From: Candidatus Omnitrophota bacterium
Lineage (GTDB): Bacteria; Omnitrophota; Gorgyraeia; Gygaellales; Profunditerraquicolaceae
DNA length: 60,996 nt
Direction of reading: 5' to 3'
Assembly: GCA_028710405.1 (NCBI GenBank)
Contig: JAQTUD010000001.1
Coordinates: 1 to 60,996 of the forward strand
In this document: positions 29,182 to 42,400 of the stretch, in pieces
Numbering within the stretch: the stretch's first letter is position 1
Layout: each line of letters starts with the position of its first letter
Notes under the pieces: generated by a model
Seen by the model: the letters and a program-made list of their open reading frames with translations, nothing else
Database searches by the model: none
Told to the model about the DNA's origin: nothing
Translations under genes and position numbers: made by a program

Positions 29182-29182
29182 A

Positions 29183-29467
29183 TTATGGCGTAGCCTCGGT
29201 TATCTTCTGGCCTTCTTTTAAAGTAACTATCGCTTTCTTGGTATCCGGGGTCTTGCCTAATTGATGCCTGACCCTCTTTAATTTGCCGCCCGAAACGAAG
29301 GTATTCACATCCCGGACCTTTACCTTATACCTGTATTCTACCGCCTGTTTGATCTGGATCTTATTAGCGGAGTTATGCACCAGAAAAAGGTATTTACCTT
29401 TCGGTTCGTATATGCTTGCTTTTTCAGTACGTATTAAAGCTTTAATAATATTAAAATTAATACTCAT
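29183..29467 (-). CDS. rplW: 50S ribosomal protein L23
   Basis: 94 aa, recognised by sequence and S10-operon order. Confidence 0.95.
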   Translation of the reverse strand: MSINFNIIKALIRTEKASIYEPKGKYLFLVHNSANKIQIKQAVEYRYKVKVRDVNTFVSGGKLKRVRHQLGKTPDTKKAIVTLKEGQKITEATP

Positions 29468-30114
29468 TTCTTTAACCGCTCCACTAAGTCGTTTAAACCG
29501 GCCTTGGTAATTACCACCTTGCGGTGCGCCAGGACTTCATAGGCGTGCGTATCCCTGGCCTGATTCAGATCAACGCCGGCGATATTACGCACGGCCAGCT
29601 TTAAATTCTTATCCGGCTTATTCGCTAAAAACAGTATGCTGGTCTTTTTACCTTTATCAGGGAACGCCTTGAGTAAAGAAAATATCTTCTGCGCTTCTTT
29701 TGTCTTGGGGCTCTGAAGTTTTATTTCGTCTAAAATAACCAAGTTATTCACGCCCACCTTGGCGTTAAGGCATGATTTTAAAGCCAGCGATTTTATTTTT
29801 TCCGGCAGGGTGTAAGAGAAATCCCTGGGATGCGGCCCAAATACCACGCCGCCATGGCGCCATAAGGGATTACGCGAAGAACCGACCCTGGCGCGCCCTG
29901 TCCCTTTCTGCCTCCAAGGTTTCTTCCCGCCTCCGGAAACCTCCCCGCGGGTCTTGGTAGCGGCCAGGCCCTTCCTCTGGTTGGCGCGGAATACGCTTAC
30001 CGCCTGGTATATCGCGGCGGTATTCACCTTGCCGTCAAAGACGGAAGTATTAAGCTTGATCGTGTCTATCTCTTTGCCTTCGCTGTTATATATAGGTAAG
30101 GTAATCGCTTCCAT
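29464..30114 (-). CDS. rplD: 50S ribosomal protein L4
   Basis: 216 aa. Contains ...GGGKKPWRQKGTGRAR. Confidence 0.97.
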   Translation of the reverse strand: MEAITLPIYNSEGKEIDTIKLNTSVFDGKVNTAAIYQAVSVFRANQRKGLAATKTRGEVSGGGKKPWRQKGTGRARVGSSRNPLWRHGGVVFGPHPRDFSYTLPEKIKSLALKSCLNAKVGVNNLVILDEIKLQSPKTKEAQKIFSLLKAFPDKGKKTSILFLANKPDKNLKLAVRNIAGVDLNQARDTHAYEVLAHRKVVITKAGLNDLVERLKK

Positions 30115-30116
30115 GT

Positions 30117-30797
30117 CTATTTTTTGGCCCTGACCGCGGCCTTAGGCGCTGCTTTTTGCTCTTTTGGCGCGGCGGATACTTTCGCCGCTTTCTTCTTTTT
30201 GGCGGTCCTGACGATAAGATAACTATTCTTATTCCCCGGGACAGCGCCCTCTACCAATAAGATGTTATTTTCCAAATCTACTTTCACTACCTTAAGATTC
30301 TGCACGGTAACCTGCTGGGCGCCCATATGCCCGGGAAGGTGATGCCCTTTAAAGACCCTGCCGGGGCTGGTGGTGGAACCAATAGAGCCGATCCTGCGAT
30401 GGGAGGTTGAGCCGTGTGTCTGGGGCCCGCCGTGCCAATTCCAACGCTTCATACCACCCTGGAATCCTTTGCCCTTGGAGACCCCGGTGACATCCACAAA
30501 ATCCCCGGTATTAAATAGGTCTACTTTCAATTCCTCGCCTACTTTATACTCCTTATTAGGGTCTTTAAATAGTTCCCTGATGAAAGTACGGGGTGAAATA
30601 TTGATCTTCTTAAAGAACCCGGCCAGGGGTTTCTTCAGACTCTTCTCTTTAGCTAAAGCAAAACCCACCTGGATGCTTTTCTCCTTAATCCCCAGCACGG
30701 GACAAGGGCCCGCCTCTATCGCTGTAACGTTAACCAATATTCCGTCACTGGCGAAAATCTGGGTCATTCCTAATTTTTTACCCAATAACCCTGCCAT
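30117..30797 (-). CDS. rplC: 50S ribosomal protein L3
   Basis: 226 aa. Has a Lys/Ala-rich C-terminal tail. Confidence 0.97.
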   Translation of the reverse strand: MAGLLGKKLGMTQIFASDGILVNVTAIEAGPCPVLGIKEKSIQVGFALAKEKSLKKPLAGFFKKINISPRTFIRELFKDPNKEYKVGEELKVDLFNTGDFVDVTGVSKGKGFQGGMKRWNWHGGPQTHGSTSHRRIGSIGSTTSPGRVFKGHHLPGHMGAQQVTVQNLKVVKVDLENNILLVEGAVPGNKNSYLIVRTAKKKKAAKVSAAPKEQKAAPKAAVRAKK

Positions 30798-30802
30798 CTT
30801 CG

Positions 30803-31102
30803 TTATTTTATCTCCACGTCTACCCCTGCGGGCAGATTAAGTTTTCTTAAGGCATCCACCGTTTTTGCCGTTGGCTCATAAATATCAATAAGGCGCTTAT
30901 GAGTAGCCAGCATGAATTGCTCGCGCGACTTCTTATCTACTACCGGCGAACGTAGGACCGTATAAATCTCCCGCTTGGTCGGCAACGGCACCGGCCCGCA
31001 TATATTGGCGCCGGTGCGCTTGACTGTATCCACGATCTCTATCACTGCCTGATCCAGCAGGCGATGGTCGTATGCCTTAAGTTTTATTCTTATTTTTTGC
31101 AT
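30803..31102 (-). CDS. rpsJ: 30S ribosomal protein S10
   Basis: 99 aa. Starts [17 protein letters not shown]. Confidence 0.97.
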   Translation of the reverse strand: MQKIRIKLKAYDHRLLDQAVIEIVDTVKRTGANICGPVPLPTKREIYTVLRSPVVDKKSREQFMLATHKRLIDIYEPTAKTVDALRKLNLPAGVDVEIK

Positions 31103-31127
31103 CTTCGCTCAGTTCGTTAAACTCGTT

Positions 31128-32333
31128 TTAAGCAATCACTTCTGTGACTACTCCAGCGCCTACCGTATGCCCTCCCTCACGGATGGCAAAACGCGATTCC
31201 TTCTCCATGGCGATAGGCGTAATTAACTCTACGTCTAAACCAACGTTATCACCGGGCATAACCATCTCCGCGCCGGCCGGTAATGTCACCGAGCCGGTAA
31301 CATCAGTAGTCCTGAAATAGAACTGCGGACGATAACCCTTAAAGAAAGGCGTATGCCTTCCGCCTTCTTCCTTGTTCAGGATATATACCTGAGCCTTAAA
31401 CTTGGTATGGGGCGTGATTGATTTCGGAGCGGCAATGACCATCCCGCGTTCAATATCATTCTTATCCACGCCTCTTAACAACAGGCCTACGTTGTCTCCC
31501 GCCTGTCCTTCGTCTAATAGCTTCCTGAACATTTCTATTCCGGTGACAACCGTCTTCTTTACTTCCGGCCTTAAACCCACGAGTTCGACTTCCTCGTTGA
31601 TCTTGACCTTACCTCTTTCTATCCTGCCTGTGCCGACGGTACCTCTACCTTCAATGCTGAATACGTCTTCTACGGCCATCAGTAACGGCTTATCCATATC
31701 CCTTACAGGAATGGGGATAGCCTCATCGCAGGCCTTGACCAGGTCAAGTATAGGCTTACAATCCGGGCTATTGGGATCCCCGCCTGCCAGTATGGCTTTC
31801 TGCGCGCTACCCCTGATCACAGGAATCTTGTCTCCGGGATAACCGTATTTAGTCAGCAGCTCCCTGACTTCCATCTCTACCAGGTCAATTAATTCTTTAT
31901 CTTCTACCGTATCTATTTTGTTTAAGAACACTACCATTGCCGGAACGTTGACCTGTCTGGCCAGAAGGATATGCTCTCTGGTCTGAGGCATTGGGCCGTC
32001 CGCGGCGGAAACTACCAGTATTGCCCCATCCATCTGGGCGGCACCGGTGATCATGTTCTTGATATAGTCAGCGTGTCCCGGGCAGTCGATGTGCGCGTAA
32101 TGACGGGTGTCGCTTTCGTATTCAACGTGCGCCACTGAAATAGTCAGGATCTTTGTTTCATCCCTGACCGCCCCGCCCTTTGCGATGTCGGCATATTCCT
32201 TAAACGTCGCTCTTCCTAATTTTGACAATACCAGGGTGATCGCGGAGGTCAAACTAGTCTTTCCGTGGTCAATGTGCCCGATCGTCCCGATATTTACGTG
32301 CGGTTTAGACCTGACAAATTTTTCTTTAGCCAT
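31128..32333 (-). CDS. tuf: translation elongation factor Tu
   Basis: 401 aa. Has [13 protein letters not shown] and NKID motifs. Confidence 0.98.
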   Translation of the reverse strand: MAKEKFVRSKPHVNIGTIGHIDHGKTSLTSAITLVLSKLGRATFKEYADIAKGGAVRDETKILTISVAHVEYESDTRHYAHIDCPGHADYIKNMITGAAQMDGAILVVSAADGPMPQTREHILLARQVNVPAMVVFLNKIDTVEDKELIDLVEMEVRELLTKYGYPGDKIPVIRGSAQKAILAGGDPNSPDCKPILDLVKACDEAIPIPVRDMDKPLLMAVEDVFSIEGRGTVGTGRIERGKVKINEEVELVGLRPEVKKTVVTGIEMFRKLLDEGQAGDNVGLLLRGVDKNDIERGMVIAAPKSITPHTKFKAQVYILNKEEGGRHTPFFKGYRPQFYFRTTDVTGSVTLPAGAEMVMPGDNVGLDVELITPIAMEKESRFAIREGGHTVGAGVVTEVIA

Positions 32334-32358
32334 TTTAACATACCTCCTGTTTTATATT

Positions 32359-34458
32359 TTAGAAACTTTTTCTAGTAGCTCCTGCGCTATTAAAACCGGC
32401 AATTATTTTGTCTGCTATATGTGAAGGCACTTCGGAGTAAAACGAAGGCTCCATTGTATAGGATGCACGGCCTTGTGTCAATGATCTTATTGAGTTGGCA
32501 TAATTAAACACTTCCGATAGAGGAACATAAGCCCTGATGGACCTGATGTTTGCTTTGGTGTTCAGCGATACAATCTTTGCCCGCCGGGAATTTAAATCAC
32601 CGATCACAGCGCCCATGTGCTCCTCGGGCATCACTACTTCTATATCCATGATCGGCTCAAGCAGAATACAGTCGCCTTTTCTTAAAGCGTCATTCAACGC
32701 TATGGACGCGGCCATCTTAAAAGCCATCTCTGAAGAATCTACCTCGTGAAAAGAACCATCCACCAGAGTAACCTTGATATCCGTAACCGGATAGCCTGAC
32801 AATACGCCGCTGCGCGCGGCACCCAGGATACCTTCTCTTACCGAAGGAATAAACTCGCGGGGGATAGACCCGCTCTTGATCTTGTCTATAAATTCAATAC
32901 CTTTACCCGGCATTTCCTGGGGCTCCGCTTCAATGACTACGTGGCCGTATTGGCCGTGCCCGCCTGACTGCTGGATGAATTTTCCAACGGCGTCAACTTT
33001 CTTGGTGAGTGTTTCCCTATATGCTACCTGCGGCATGCCAACTTGGGCCTCCACATTAAACTCGCGCATCATCCGGTCAATAATAATCTCAAGATGCAAC
33101 TGCCCCATCCCGGAAATGATTGTCTCTCCGGTTTCGTTATTATAATGCACTCGAAATGACGGGTCTTCTTCGGTCAATTTATGCAGGGCCATCCCCAGTT
33201 TCTCCTGGTCAAATTTTGTTTTTGGTTCAATAGCCTGCTGTATGACCGGTTCGGGGAAACGCATCGCCTCAATTAAAATAGGGTTATTTTCCGTGCAGAG
33301 GGTATCGCCGGTCTTGGTAGACTTCAACCCAACTACCGCGGCTATATCCCCGGTATGGATAAAATCAATGATCTCTTGACGGTTGGCGTGCATACGTACA
33401 AGCTTAGCCACTTTCTCCCTGGTCTTGCGTGAGGCATTATAGACTTCCGTCCCAGATTTTAAAGTTCCGGAATAAACCCGCACATAATGAATCTTACCGA
33501 CGTAAGGGTCGGTCATGATCTTAAAGCATAACCCGCAAAAAGGCGCCTTATCGGAGCCGGCGATCTCTTCATATTCCTCTGTTTCAGGATTTATGCCTTT
33601 GATCGGAGGCAGATCCTGGGGAGAAGGAAGATAATCGCAGACCGCGTCCAATAATAGTTGTATACCTTTATTCTTTAAAGATGAACCGCAAAGCACAGGC
33701 ACGAACTTATTTTTAACACAGGCGCGGCGAATAGCCGCCTTCATTTCATCTGTGCTTAACGGCTGGTTGTGCACGAATTTGTCCATTGCCAAGTCGTCGG
33801 CTTCCGCTAATTTTTCCAAAAGCATATCCCTATATTTATTTACCTCCGGCATCTGGTCCTGGGGGACCTCCTGGACTTTCGGCTCCAGGCTGGCATCTTC
33901 ACTATAGGTGATTAATTTCTTATCCAGGATATCAATGATCCCGATAAACCCTTCCGCGGTAAAATACGGCATCTGGATTGCCGCGGCGTTGGCGCCTAAT
34001 CTTTTATGCATCTGGTCCAGGGTATCCAGAAAATTCGCGCCTACCCGGTCTAATTTATTCACAAAGGCAATACGCGGAACATTATAACGGTCCGCCTGCC
34101 TCCAGACTGTCTCTGACTGCGGTTCTACCCCGCCTACCCCGCAGAAGACTACTACCGCCCCATCCAAGACCTTCAACGACCTCTCTACCTCGACGGTAAA
34201 ATCTACGTGTCCCGGGGTATCAATGATATTAATATGAGTATCGCGCCAAATGCTTGTAGTGCAGGCAGCGGTAATAGTAATACCCCTCTCCTGCTCCTGG
34301 ACCATCCAGTCCATTACTGCCGTACCTTCATCTACGGTGCCGATCTTGTAAGTCTTTCCCGTATAATAAAGGATGCGCTCGGAAGTCGTGGTCTTTCCGG
34401 CGTCTATATGGGCGATTACCCCGATATTCCTGATTTTGTCTAACGGTACTTTTCGCAT
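32359..34458 (-). CDS. fusA: translation elongation factor G
   Basis: AHIDAGKTT and DTPGH motifs. The start was set at ATG 34458 ([13 protein letters not shown]...). The ORF-track start at 34470 adds MCSF, which is encoded by the conserved end of repeat copy B. The choice of start is uncertain. Confidence 0.95.
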   Translation of the reverse strand: MRKVPLDKIRNIGVIAHIDAGKTTTSERILYYTGKTYKIGTVDEGTAVMDWMVQEQERGITITAACTTSIWRDTHINIIDTPGHVDFTVEVERSLKVLDGAVVVFCGVGGVEPQSETVWRQADRYNVPRIAFVNKLDRVGANFLDTLDQMHKRLGANAAAIQMPYFTAEGFIGIIDILDKKLITYSEDASLEPKVQEVPQDQMPEVNKYRDMLLEKLAEADDLAMDKFVHNQPLSTDEMKAAIRRACVKNKFVPVLCGSSLKNKGIQLLLDAVCDYLPSPQDLPPIKGINPETEEYEEIAGSDKAPFCGLCFKIMTDPYVGKIHYVRVYSGTLKSGTEVYNASRKTREKVAKLVRMHANRQEIIDFIHTGDIAAVVGLKSTKTGDTLCTENNPILIEAMRFPEPVIQQAIEPKTKFDQEKLGMALHKLTEEDPSFRVHYNNETGETIISGMGQLHLEIIIDRMMREFNVEAQVGMPQVAYRETLTKKVDAVGKFIQQSGGHGQYGHVVIEAEPQEMPGKGIEFIDKIKSGSIPREFIPSVREGILGAARSGVLSGYPVTDIKVTLVDGSFHEVDSSEMAFKMAASIALNDALRKGDCILLEPIMDIEVVMPEEHMGAVIGDLNSRRAKIVSLNTKANIRSIRAYVPLSEVFNYANSIRSLTQGRASYTMEPSFYSEVPSHIADKIIAGFNSAGATRKSF

Positions 34459-34582
34459 AAATGAGCACATAACTTACGAACACGAAGTGTGAGTAAGTTA
34501 TTGTGCGAATTAATCCCGAAGCCTGCGGCAAAAGTTTCTTTAATCTTGTTTCTGAAGCTTTTGCCGTGCTTAGGCAAGGGAT
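34459..34582. repeat. intergenic structured repeat, copy B (rpsG-fusA spacer)
   Basis: AAATGAGCAC, hairpin 34465-34508, TGCGAATTAATCCCG, then a long imperfect hairpin closed by ATCCC/GGGAT. About 110 of 125 positions are identical to copy C by hand alignment. Confidence 0.85.
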
Positions 34583-34591
34583 GCGTTTATT

Positions 34592-35065
34592 TTACCAACG
34601 GAAATGCGCAAAGGCCTTATTAGCCTCGGCCATCTTATGTGTGTCGTCTCTTTTCTTTATCGCGGAACCCTCTGCTTTATAAGCGGCGATGATCTCATCC
34701 GCCAGTTTGCTATCCATGGGCTTGCCTTTTTTGATCCTGGCAAAATCCCTTATCCAACGCAGCGCGATAGATGTCCCGCGCTCCTGGCGTACTTCTATCG
34801 GCACCTGGTATGTAGCCCCGCCCACGCGCCTGGGCTTTACTTCCAGCCTCGGCCGGGCGTTATCTATAGCTTTGTAGAAGACCTTTAAAGCATCGGGCTC
34901 ATTGGTCTGTTTTTTGACTATCTCTAAGGCCCCGTAAACTATTTTTTCAGCGGTGGCCTTCTTGCCTTCATTCATCACCATATTGATAAACTTCCCCACT
35001 ACCGGACTGTTGTATATCGGATCCGCTGGAGTTTCTTTTGCCTTTTTTCTTCTTATCCTTCTCAT
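34592..35065 (-). CDS. rpsG: 30S ribosomal protein S7
   Basis: 157 aa, recognised by sequence and str-operon order. Confidence 0.97.
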   Translation of the reverse strand: MRRIRRKKAKETPADPIYNSPVVGKFINMVMNEGKKATAEKIVYGALEIVKKQTNEPDALKVFYKAIDNARPRLEVKPRRVGGATYQVPIEVRQERGTSIALRWIRDFARIKKGKPMDSKLADEIIAAYKAEGSAIKKRDDTHKMAEANKAFAHFRW

Positions 35066-35107
35066 TCTTTCTTATCGCTCCTGATTGCGCAATTTAAAAA
35101 GCCCGCG

Positions 35108-35479
35108 TTATTTAGGCCTCTTGGCTCCATATTTAGAGCGCGATTTCTTGCGCTGATTAACCCCGGCGGTATCCAGCGTACCCCTGACGATATGATACCT
35201 TACTCCCGGCAGGTCTTTTACGCGTCCGCCCCTGACTAAAACTATGGAATGTTCCTGTAAATTATGCCCTTCTCCAGGGATATAAGAAGTGACTTCTATG
35301 CCGGTAGTAAGCCTCACCCTGGCGATCTTTCTTAAGGCTGAATTCGGTTTCTTCGGCGTCATCGTGCGTACCTGAAGACAGACTCCCCTTCTCTGGGGGC
35401 ATCCTTTTAAAGCCGGCGACTTTGACTTCTTGGTTTTGGAAATCCTGCCTGATCTGATCAGCTGGGTAATGGTAGGCAT
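35108..35479 (-). CDS. rpsL: 30S ribosomal protein S12
   Basis: 123 aa. Contains MPTITQLIR...[10 protein letters not shown]. Confidence 0.98.
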   Translation of the reverse strand: MPTITQLIRSGRISKTKKSKSPALKGCPQRRGVCLQVRTMTPKKPNSALRKIARVRLTTGIEVTSYIPGEGHNLQEHSIVLVRGGRVKDLPGVRYHIVRGTLDTAGVNQRKKSRSKYGAKRPK

Positions 35480-35482
35480 ATT

Positions 35483-38400
35483 TTATTCTTTTTTCTCCTC
35501 TGCTATTTTTGTCACGGTGATATTCTGATGCTGCCTGAAACCTGTCCCGGCGGGAATCAGATGCCCGACAATAACGTTCTCTTTTAATCCGAACAGGTCA
35601 TCGCGCCTTCCGGAGGTAGCCGCTTCCGTAAGCACGCGGGTGGTTTCCTGGAAACTGGCCGCGGAGATAAAGCTCTCCGTGCTCAAAGAGGCCTTGGTTA
35701 TACCCAATAACAGCGGAGTTGCCTGCGCGGGTTTTTCGCCCTTCTTGAGCACGCGTGAATTCTCTTTCTGGAATACCAGCTTATCTACCTGTTGGGTCAC
35801 CAGAAATTCCGTATCACCCGGGTCCTCAATCCTGACCTTCTTCAGCATCTGCCTGATGATCAACTCAATATGCTTGTCGTTTATGTGCACGCCCTGCAGG
35901 CGATAAACTTCCTGTACTTCATTCACCAGGTATTCCTGCAATACCTTGTCTCCGCAGACCCGCAGGATATCCTGTAAAACTACCGGCCCGTCGGTTAACT
36001 GTTGCCCGGCAGCCACCTTATCGCCCTTATAAACATTAGGGTGTTTACCATGAGGGATAACATATTCTCCCTGCATGCCGGTGGGGGATTTTATAATAAT
36101 GACGCGCTGGCCTTTTTTAGTCTCGCCAAACTCCACAAAACCGTCGATCTCGCTGATTACTGCCGGGTCTTTCGGCCGCCTGGCCTCGAATAATTCGGCC
36201 ACGCGCGGAAGGCCTCCGGTAATATCCCTGGTCTTGACTACCAAACGGGGAATCTTAGCCAGAAGGTCTCCTGCGGGTATCTTCTGGCCGTCTTTAACCA
36301 ATATATGCGCCCCGATAGGAATGGGATAAATCCCCAGGACTTCCTTACTCTCATCCAGGATAACGATCTGGGGATGGTATTCCTGTTTATGCTCTACTAC
36401 CACCCTCTCCGTAAGTTTGGTGACCGGATTTAACTCTTCGCGAATAGTCAAATCTTCACGCAGGTCTTCATATTTAACCTGGCCGCCTACTTCGGTGAGG
36501 ATAGGTAAGGTATACGGATCCCAGCGCACGAAGACTATTCCCTGCGTTATTTCCTGGCCATCGGCTATACTGATGAAAGCGCCCTGCGGCACCGTATAGC
36601 GTTCCAACTCGCGCCCCTGCTTATCGTTAACACTTATGGAGCCGTTGCGATTTAAAACAACGAACTCCTTATTCTTGGCGGTGACGCGGATGCTATGGTA
36701 TTTAACAGTACCTTTATTCTTGGATTTGATAAATGACTGCTCTACGATCCTGGAAGCGGTACCGCCGATATGAAAAGTCCTCATGGTCAGCTGTGTGCCC
36801 GGCTCACCGATACTCTGGGCGGCAATCACGCCTACCGCTTCTCCCAGCTCTATCATTCTACCCGTGCCTAAATTCCTGCCGTAGCACTTGGTACAGACCC
36901 CCTTACCGGCTTCACAGGTAAGCACACTGCGGATACGGATCTTTTCAATGCCTAACTTCTCAATCATATCCGCCTTCTGTTCGTCAATCTCGCTGCCGGC
37001 CTCAACAATAACTTCGTCGGTAATAATATCCACGATATTATCCAGCGCCGTCCTGCCTACTATACGGTCCTTGAGGCTGACCACTACTTCATCGCCTTCA
37101 ATAATTGCCGAGACAGTAATACCGTTAAGCGTTTCACAATCTATAATGCTGACGATCACTTCCTGCGCCACATCTACTAGGCGGCGGGTCAGGTAACCGG
37201 CGTCGGCGGTCTTTAATGCCGTATCCGCCAAGCCCTTGCGCGCGCCGTGGGTAGAGATGAAATACTCCAAGACGTTTAATCCCTCCCGAAAATTAGCGGT
37301 GATGGGGCTCTCTATAATTTCGCCTGAAGGCTTAGCCATTAACCCGCGCATGCCGGCTAGCTGCCTGACCTGCAGACGGGAACCCCTGGCGCCCGAATCA
37401 GCCATCATAAAGATAGGATTAAATTGCTCCATCCCTTTAAAAAGCATATCCGAGACCTTGTCTGTGGTATGCGTCCAGATATCAATGATCTTGGATTTAC
37501 GTTCACTGTCAGTAATAATACCCTTGCGATACTGGTCTTCCACTTCCGCTACTTCTTTCCTGGCTCCGACCAGGATTTCTTTCTTTTCTTTGGGTACCTG
37601 TAGATCGTCTATGCCGATAGATATGCCGCCCTTTGTCGCCATCTCAAAACCTAAGGCTTTGACATCATCCAGCAATTTAACCGTGGCGCTATGGCCAAAC
37701 CTCTTATAACATTCGGTGACTACTAAGCCGACTTTAGTTTTATTTAATTCTTTGTTCACGAAACCAAATCCCGCCGGTAATACCTGATTAAAGATCACCC
37801 TGCCTACGGTAGTGGTAATGATCTGTTTGCCCGGTATGACCTTGGTTTCATCCAGATCAAAAACTAAATCTATTCTTAACTTTATACGGGTATGTAAGGT
37901 TACCGCCCCGTCATCATAGGCCATCAATACCTCATCGGCTCCGAAAAAGGTATTATCTTCTCCCGGAGAACCCGGCTTCTCCTTGCTCATATATGAGATC
38001 CCCAGGATGATGTCCTGGGTAGGCGTAACTATAGGACGGCCGTCGGCGGAAGAAAAGATATTGTTGATAGAAAGCATCAGGATCTTGGCCTCTAATTGCG
38101 ATTCTAAAGATAACGGCACGTGCACCGCCATCTGGTCTCCGTCAAAGTCAGCGTTAAAAGCGGTACAGACCAAAGGATGGATCTTGATAGACTTGCCTTC
38201 AATGAGGCGCGGCTGAAAAGCCTGGATACCCAAGCGATGCAGCGTGGGGGCGCGGTTTAAGAGCACGGGATGATCCTTGATTACTTCGTCCAAGATATCC
38301 CAGACTTCGATCTTTCCACGCTCCACCATCCTGCGGGCGCCTTTGATTGTGTGCACAAAGCCCCTCTCCCTTAATTTCTTGATAATGAACGGCTCGAATA

Positions 38401-39496
38401 ATTCCAGGGCCATCTGCTTAGGCAGGCCGCATTCATGCAATTTTAATTCCGGGCCGACCACGATTACCGAACGGCCGGAATAATCCACGCGCTTACCTAA
38501 AAGATTCTGGCGGAAACGCCCCTGCTTACCCTTAAGCATATCGGATAAGGACTTCAGCGGCCGGTTATTCGCCCCGTTTACCGGCTTACCGTGCCTGCCG
38601 TTATCTAAAAGCGCGTCCACAGACTCCTGGAGCATGCGTTTCTCATTACGGATGATTATATCCGGGGCATTCAATTCCAGAAGTTTATGCAGGCGGTTAT
38701 TACGGTTGATCACCCGGCGGTATAAGTCATTCAGGTCAGAGGTAGCAAACCTTCCGCCGTCCAAGGGGACTAACGGCCTTAAATCCGGAGGTATAACCGG
38801 CAAAACCTCCAAGATCATCCATTCCGGTTTATTCCCGGATTTCTTAAAATCCTCGGCGATCTTTAAATGCTTGAGTAATTTACGGTTCCCTAAAACATTC
38901 TTGGACTTTTCCAAATCACGGCGCAACTTGCGGCAGAGCGCGTCTAAATCTAACTCTTTTAAAAGATCCCTGATCGCCTCAGCGCCGATCTTGGCTTTAA
39001 AATTTGACCCGTACTTAACAAGGGCTTCCTGATATTTATCTTCGGCCAAAAGTTCTTTTTTCTTTAGAGGGGTATTGCCCGGGTCAATTACTAAGTATTC
39101 CTCATAATAGATGACCTTTTCCAGATCCCTTAAGCCTAAATCCAGTAATGCCGAGATACGGCTGGGCACGGCTTTAAAAAACCAAATATGAGTAACCGGC
39201 GCCGCTAATTCAATATTACCCATGCGCTCGCGCCTCACCGAAGAACGGTCCACGGTCACCCCGCAGCGGTCGCAGGTGATACCCTTAAATTTTATACCTT
39301 TATATTTACCGCAATTGCATTCCCAATCGCGCACCGGGCCAAAGATCTTCTCGCAGAATAAACCATCCTTTTCAGGCTTAAGCGTGCGGTAATTTATAGT
39401 TTCGGCCTTCTTTACTTCCCCCTGCGACCAGGACTTGATCACCTGCGGGGAAGCGATCTTTATAACGATACTATCAAATGAAAGTATTTCATCCAT
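35483..39496 (-). CDS. rpoC: DNA-directed RNA polymerase beta-prime subunit
   Basis: 1337 aa. Has the zinc finger [20 protein letters not shown] and the catalytic NADFDGD. Confidence 0.98.
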   Translation of the reverse strand: MDEILSFDSIVIKIASPQVIKSWSQGEVKKAETINYRTLKPEKDGLFCEKIFGPVRDWECNCGKYKGIKFKGITCDRCGVTVDRSSVRRERMGNIELAAPVTHIWFFKAVPSRISALLDLGLRDLEKVIYYEEYLVIDPGNTPLKKKELLAEDKYQEALVKYGSNFKAKIGAEAIRDLLKELDLDALCRKLRRDLEKSKNVLGNRKLLKHLKIAEDFKKSGNKPEWMILEVLPVIPPDLRPLVPLDGGRFATSDLNDLYRRVINRNNRLHKLLELNAPDIIIRNEKRMLQESVDALLDNGRHGKPVNGANNRPLKSLSDMLKGKQGRFRQNLLGKRVDYSGRSVIVVGPELKLHECGLPKQMALELFEPFIIKKLRERGFVHTIKGARRMVERGKIEVWDILDEVIKDHPVLLNRAPTLHRLGIQAFQPRLIEGKSIKIHPLVCTAFNADFDGDQMAVHVPLSLESQLEAKILMLSINNIFSSADGRPIVTPTQDIILGISYMSKEKPGSPGEDNTFFGADEVLMAYDDGAVTLHTRIKLRIDLVFDLDETKVIPGKQIITTTVGRVIFNQVLPAGFGFVNKELNKTKVGLVVTECYKRFGHSATVKLLDDVKALGFEMATKGGISIGIDDLQVPKEKKEILVGARKEVAEVEDQYRKGIITDSERKSKIIDIWTHTTDKVSDMLFKGMEQFNPIFMMADSGARGSRLQVRQLAGMRGLMAKPSGEIIESPITANFREGLNVLEYFISTHGARKGLADTALKTADAGYLTRRLVDVAQEVIVSIIDCETLNGITVSAIIEGDEVVVSLKDRIVGRTALDNIVDIITDEVIVEAGSEIDEQKADMIEKLGIEKIRIRSVLTCEAGKGVCTKCYGRNLGTGRMIELGEAVGVIAAQSIGEPGTQLTMRTFHIGGTASRIVEQSFIKSKNKGTVKYHSIRVTAKNKEFVVLNRNGSISVNDKQGRELERYTVPQGAFISIADGQEITQGIVFVRWDPYTLPILTEVGGQVKYEDLREDLTIREELNPVTKLTERVVVEHKQEYHPQIVILDESKEVLGIYPIPIGAHILVKDGQKIPAGDLLAKIPRLVVKTRDITGGLPRVAELFEARRPKDPAVISEIDGFVEFGETKKGQRVIIIKSPTGMQGEYVIPHGKHPNVYKGDKVAAGQQLTDGPVVLQDILRVCGDKVLQEYLVNEVQEVYRLQGVHINDKHIELIIRQMLKKVRIEDPGDTEFLVTQQVDKLVFQKENSRVLKKGEKPAQATPLLLGITKASLSTESFISAASFQETTRVLTEAATSGRRDDLFGLKENVIVGHLIPAGTGFRQHQNITVTKIAEEKKE

Positions 39497-39497
39497 T

Positions 39498-42400
39498 TTA
39501 TTTTGCCTTCTCCGTACGGATATCCAGGCACAGTCCGTGCAATTCTTTTATCAATACATTGAATGATTCCGGTGTCCCGTGCGTTAAACGCTGTTCCCCT
39601 TTGACGATGGCTTCATATATGCGCGTGCGGCCGGCGACATCGTCACTCTTAACAGTAAGCATCTCCTGAAGGGTAAAAGCCGCCCCATATGCCTCCAGCG
39701 CCCATACTTCCATCTCCCCTAATCTCTGGCCTCCGAACTGTGCCTTTCCTCCCAATGGCTGTTGCGTGACCAGGGAATATGGCCCGATAGAACGGGCGTG
39801 TATCTTCTCATCAACCAGATGGATCAACTTCATTATATATAGGTAACCTACGGTGACTTTCTGGTCAAAGGCCGCTCCGGTATGCCCGTCATAAAGAATA
39901 GTCTTGCCATCCTCGGAGAGCCCGGCTTTCTTAAGCATGTCTTTAATCTCTTCTTCGGTAGCGCCGTCAAATACCGGACAGCTTACCTGCAGCCCTAAAG
40001 CCTTGGCCGCCCAGCCTAAATGGCATTCCAAGATCTGCCCTACGTTCATACGTGAAGGCACGCCTAAAGGATTAAGGACCACTTCCACGGGGGTGCCATC
40101 CGGCATATAAGGCATATCTTCCTGCGGGATGATCCTGGCGACGACACCTTTATTCCCGTGTCTTCCGGCTAACTTATCTCCCTCGGAGAGCCTGCGCTTT
40201 GTGGCGATATAAACTACCGCCCTCTTTAGAACCCCGGCAGGTAATTCATCTCCGCGCCTGACTTTCTCGATCTCCTGCTCTTCTTCGGCAATCAACTCCT
40301 GGACCTGCTCCTGGAAAGAAGCGGACAATATCTTGGCTTCCTCGTTATTGCTAAGATCCATCTTCTCCAGTTTTTTCTTATCTACTCCCAGAAGCTGGCT
40401 TAAACGCAATACCTTCTCAGCCTCTACGAATTCTATCTCTTGTTTATAATAAGCCTTTAACTCCTTGATCTTGGCCAATTCTTTACTTTTTTCTTCCTTG
40501 GATTTTCTGCCCCTGTCCTTACGCTGAAAAACATGCACATCTATTACCACGCCCTCAACCCCGGGAGGGACCACCAAAGACGTATCCCTGACATCTCCGG
40601 CTTTCTCGCCGAATATCGCGCGCAAAAGCCTCTCTTCGGGAGAAGGCTCTGAATCAGTCTTAGGGGTAATCTTACCTACCAGGATATCTCCGGGGGTAAC
40701 TTCAGCCCCGATACGGATCACTCCGGTCTCATCCAGGTTTCTTAAGGCCTCTTCGCTGACATTGGGTATATCACGGGTCACTTCTTCATTGCCCAGGCGG
40801 GTTTCGGTGGCCTCTGTCTCAAACTCTTCCACGTGTATGGAAGTAAAAGCGTCTTCCTTTACCAGCTTTTCGCTGATCAGTATGGCATCTTCAAAATTAT
40901 ACCCGCGCCACGGAAGAAAAGCACATAACACATTCTTGCCCAGGGCGAGTTCCCCGGACTTGGTGGCAATTCCGTCAGCGATCACTTCTCCGGCATCCAC
41001 ATGCTGGCCCAGCTTGACTAAAGGCCGCTGGTTCAGGCAGGTGTCGGCGTTAGTACGTAAGAATTTACGCAGGTGATAGATCTTTTTGCCTATGGTAATA
41101 GAAGAAGAATCCACGTTAGTCACTTTCCCGCTGGATTCAGAGATCACCACGGTCCCGGAATCCCGCGCCACCTTACCCTCCATCTCTGTCCCCACCAGCG
41201 GAGGATCAGTGATCATCAGGGGAACGGCTTGCCTCTGCATGTTTGAACCCATAAGCGCGCGGTTGGCGTCATCATGCTCCAAAAACGGGATAAGCGAAGC
41301 GGCTACCGAAATAAGCTGCTTGGGAGAAACATCCATATACTCAACTTGCTTACCTGGGACTTTGGGGAAATCATTCTTATAACGGCAGGAGACTTCGCGT
41401 TCAGCGAAATAACCCTCTTCATTTAAAGGCACGCTGGCCTGGGCAATGACTTTATCTTCTTCAATATCAGCGGTGAGATAGTCAATCTTTTTAGTTACCC
41501 TTCCGTCTTCAACCTTGCGATACGGGGTCTCCAATAAACCCAGCGGATTTACCCGCGCGAATGAACTCAAAGACGCGATCAAACCGATATTCGGGCCTTC
41601 AGGAGTTTCTATGGGGCAGACCCTGCCATAATGAGAAGGATGGATATCCCTGACCTCAAATCCGGCGCGTTCGCGCGATAATCCTCCGGGGCCAAGGGCG
41701 CTTAACCTTCTCTTATGCGTCATTTCCGCTAAAGGATTGACCTGGTCCATAAATTGAGAAAGTTGGCTCCTGGCAAAGAAATCACGTATCTGGTTAGAAA
41801 GTAACTTTGAATTTATCAGATAATGGACATTAAAAGCGTCGGTATCGCCTAGTATGCTTAATCTTTCCCTGATAGAGCGCTCTACCCTGGCTAAACCTAT
41901 ACGCACCTGGTTCTGCACCAACTCCCCTACGGTCTTGATACGCCTGTTGCCTAAATGGTCTATATCGTCAATCTTGCCAATCCCCTTCTTAAGGTTGATC
42001 AGGTATTCCATTACCTTAATTACGGTATCGGAATCAAGGATCCTCTTATCCAGGGAAACATCCATCCCTAATTTTCTATTAAGGATAAACCTGCCGGCTC
42101 TTTCTAAATCATACCTGGCCGGGTCAAAGAATAATCTATAGAATAAGCCTTCAGCCGCGTCTTTGGTTACCGGCTCGGTGGGGCGCATCTTACGGTAGAA
42201 ATCCAGGTATGCCTCTTCCTTGCTGGTTGTATAGTCTTTCTTCAGGGTGTTGGTTATCTCAGGATGCTCAGTGCCAAAGGCGGTGATGATATCCTGATTA
42301 GTGGAGAATCCCAGGATCCTCAAGATCTGGGTCGCCGGGAAATTCCTGCGCCTGTCCACGTAGGCGATAATGGTCTCGGAAAGGTCATATTTAAACTCAA

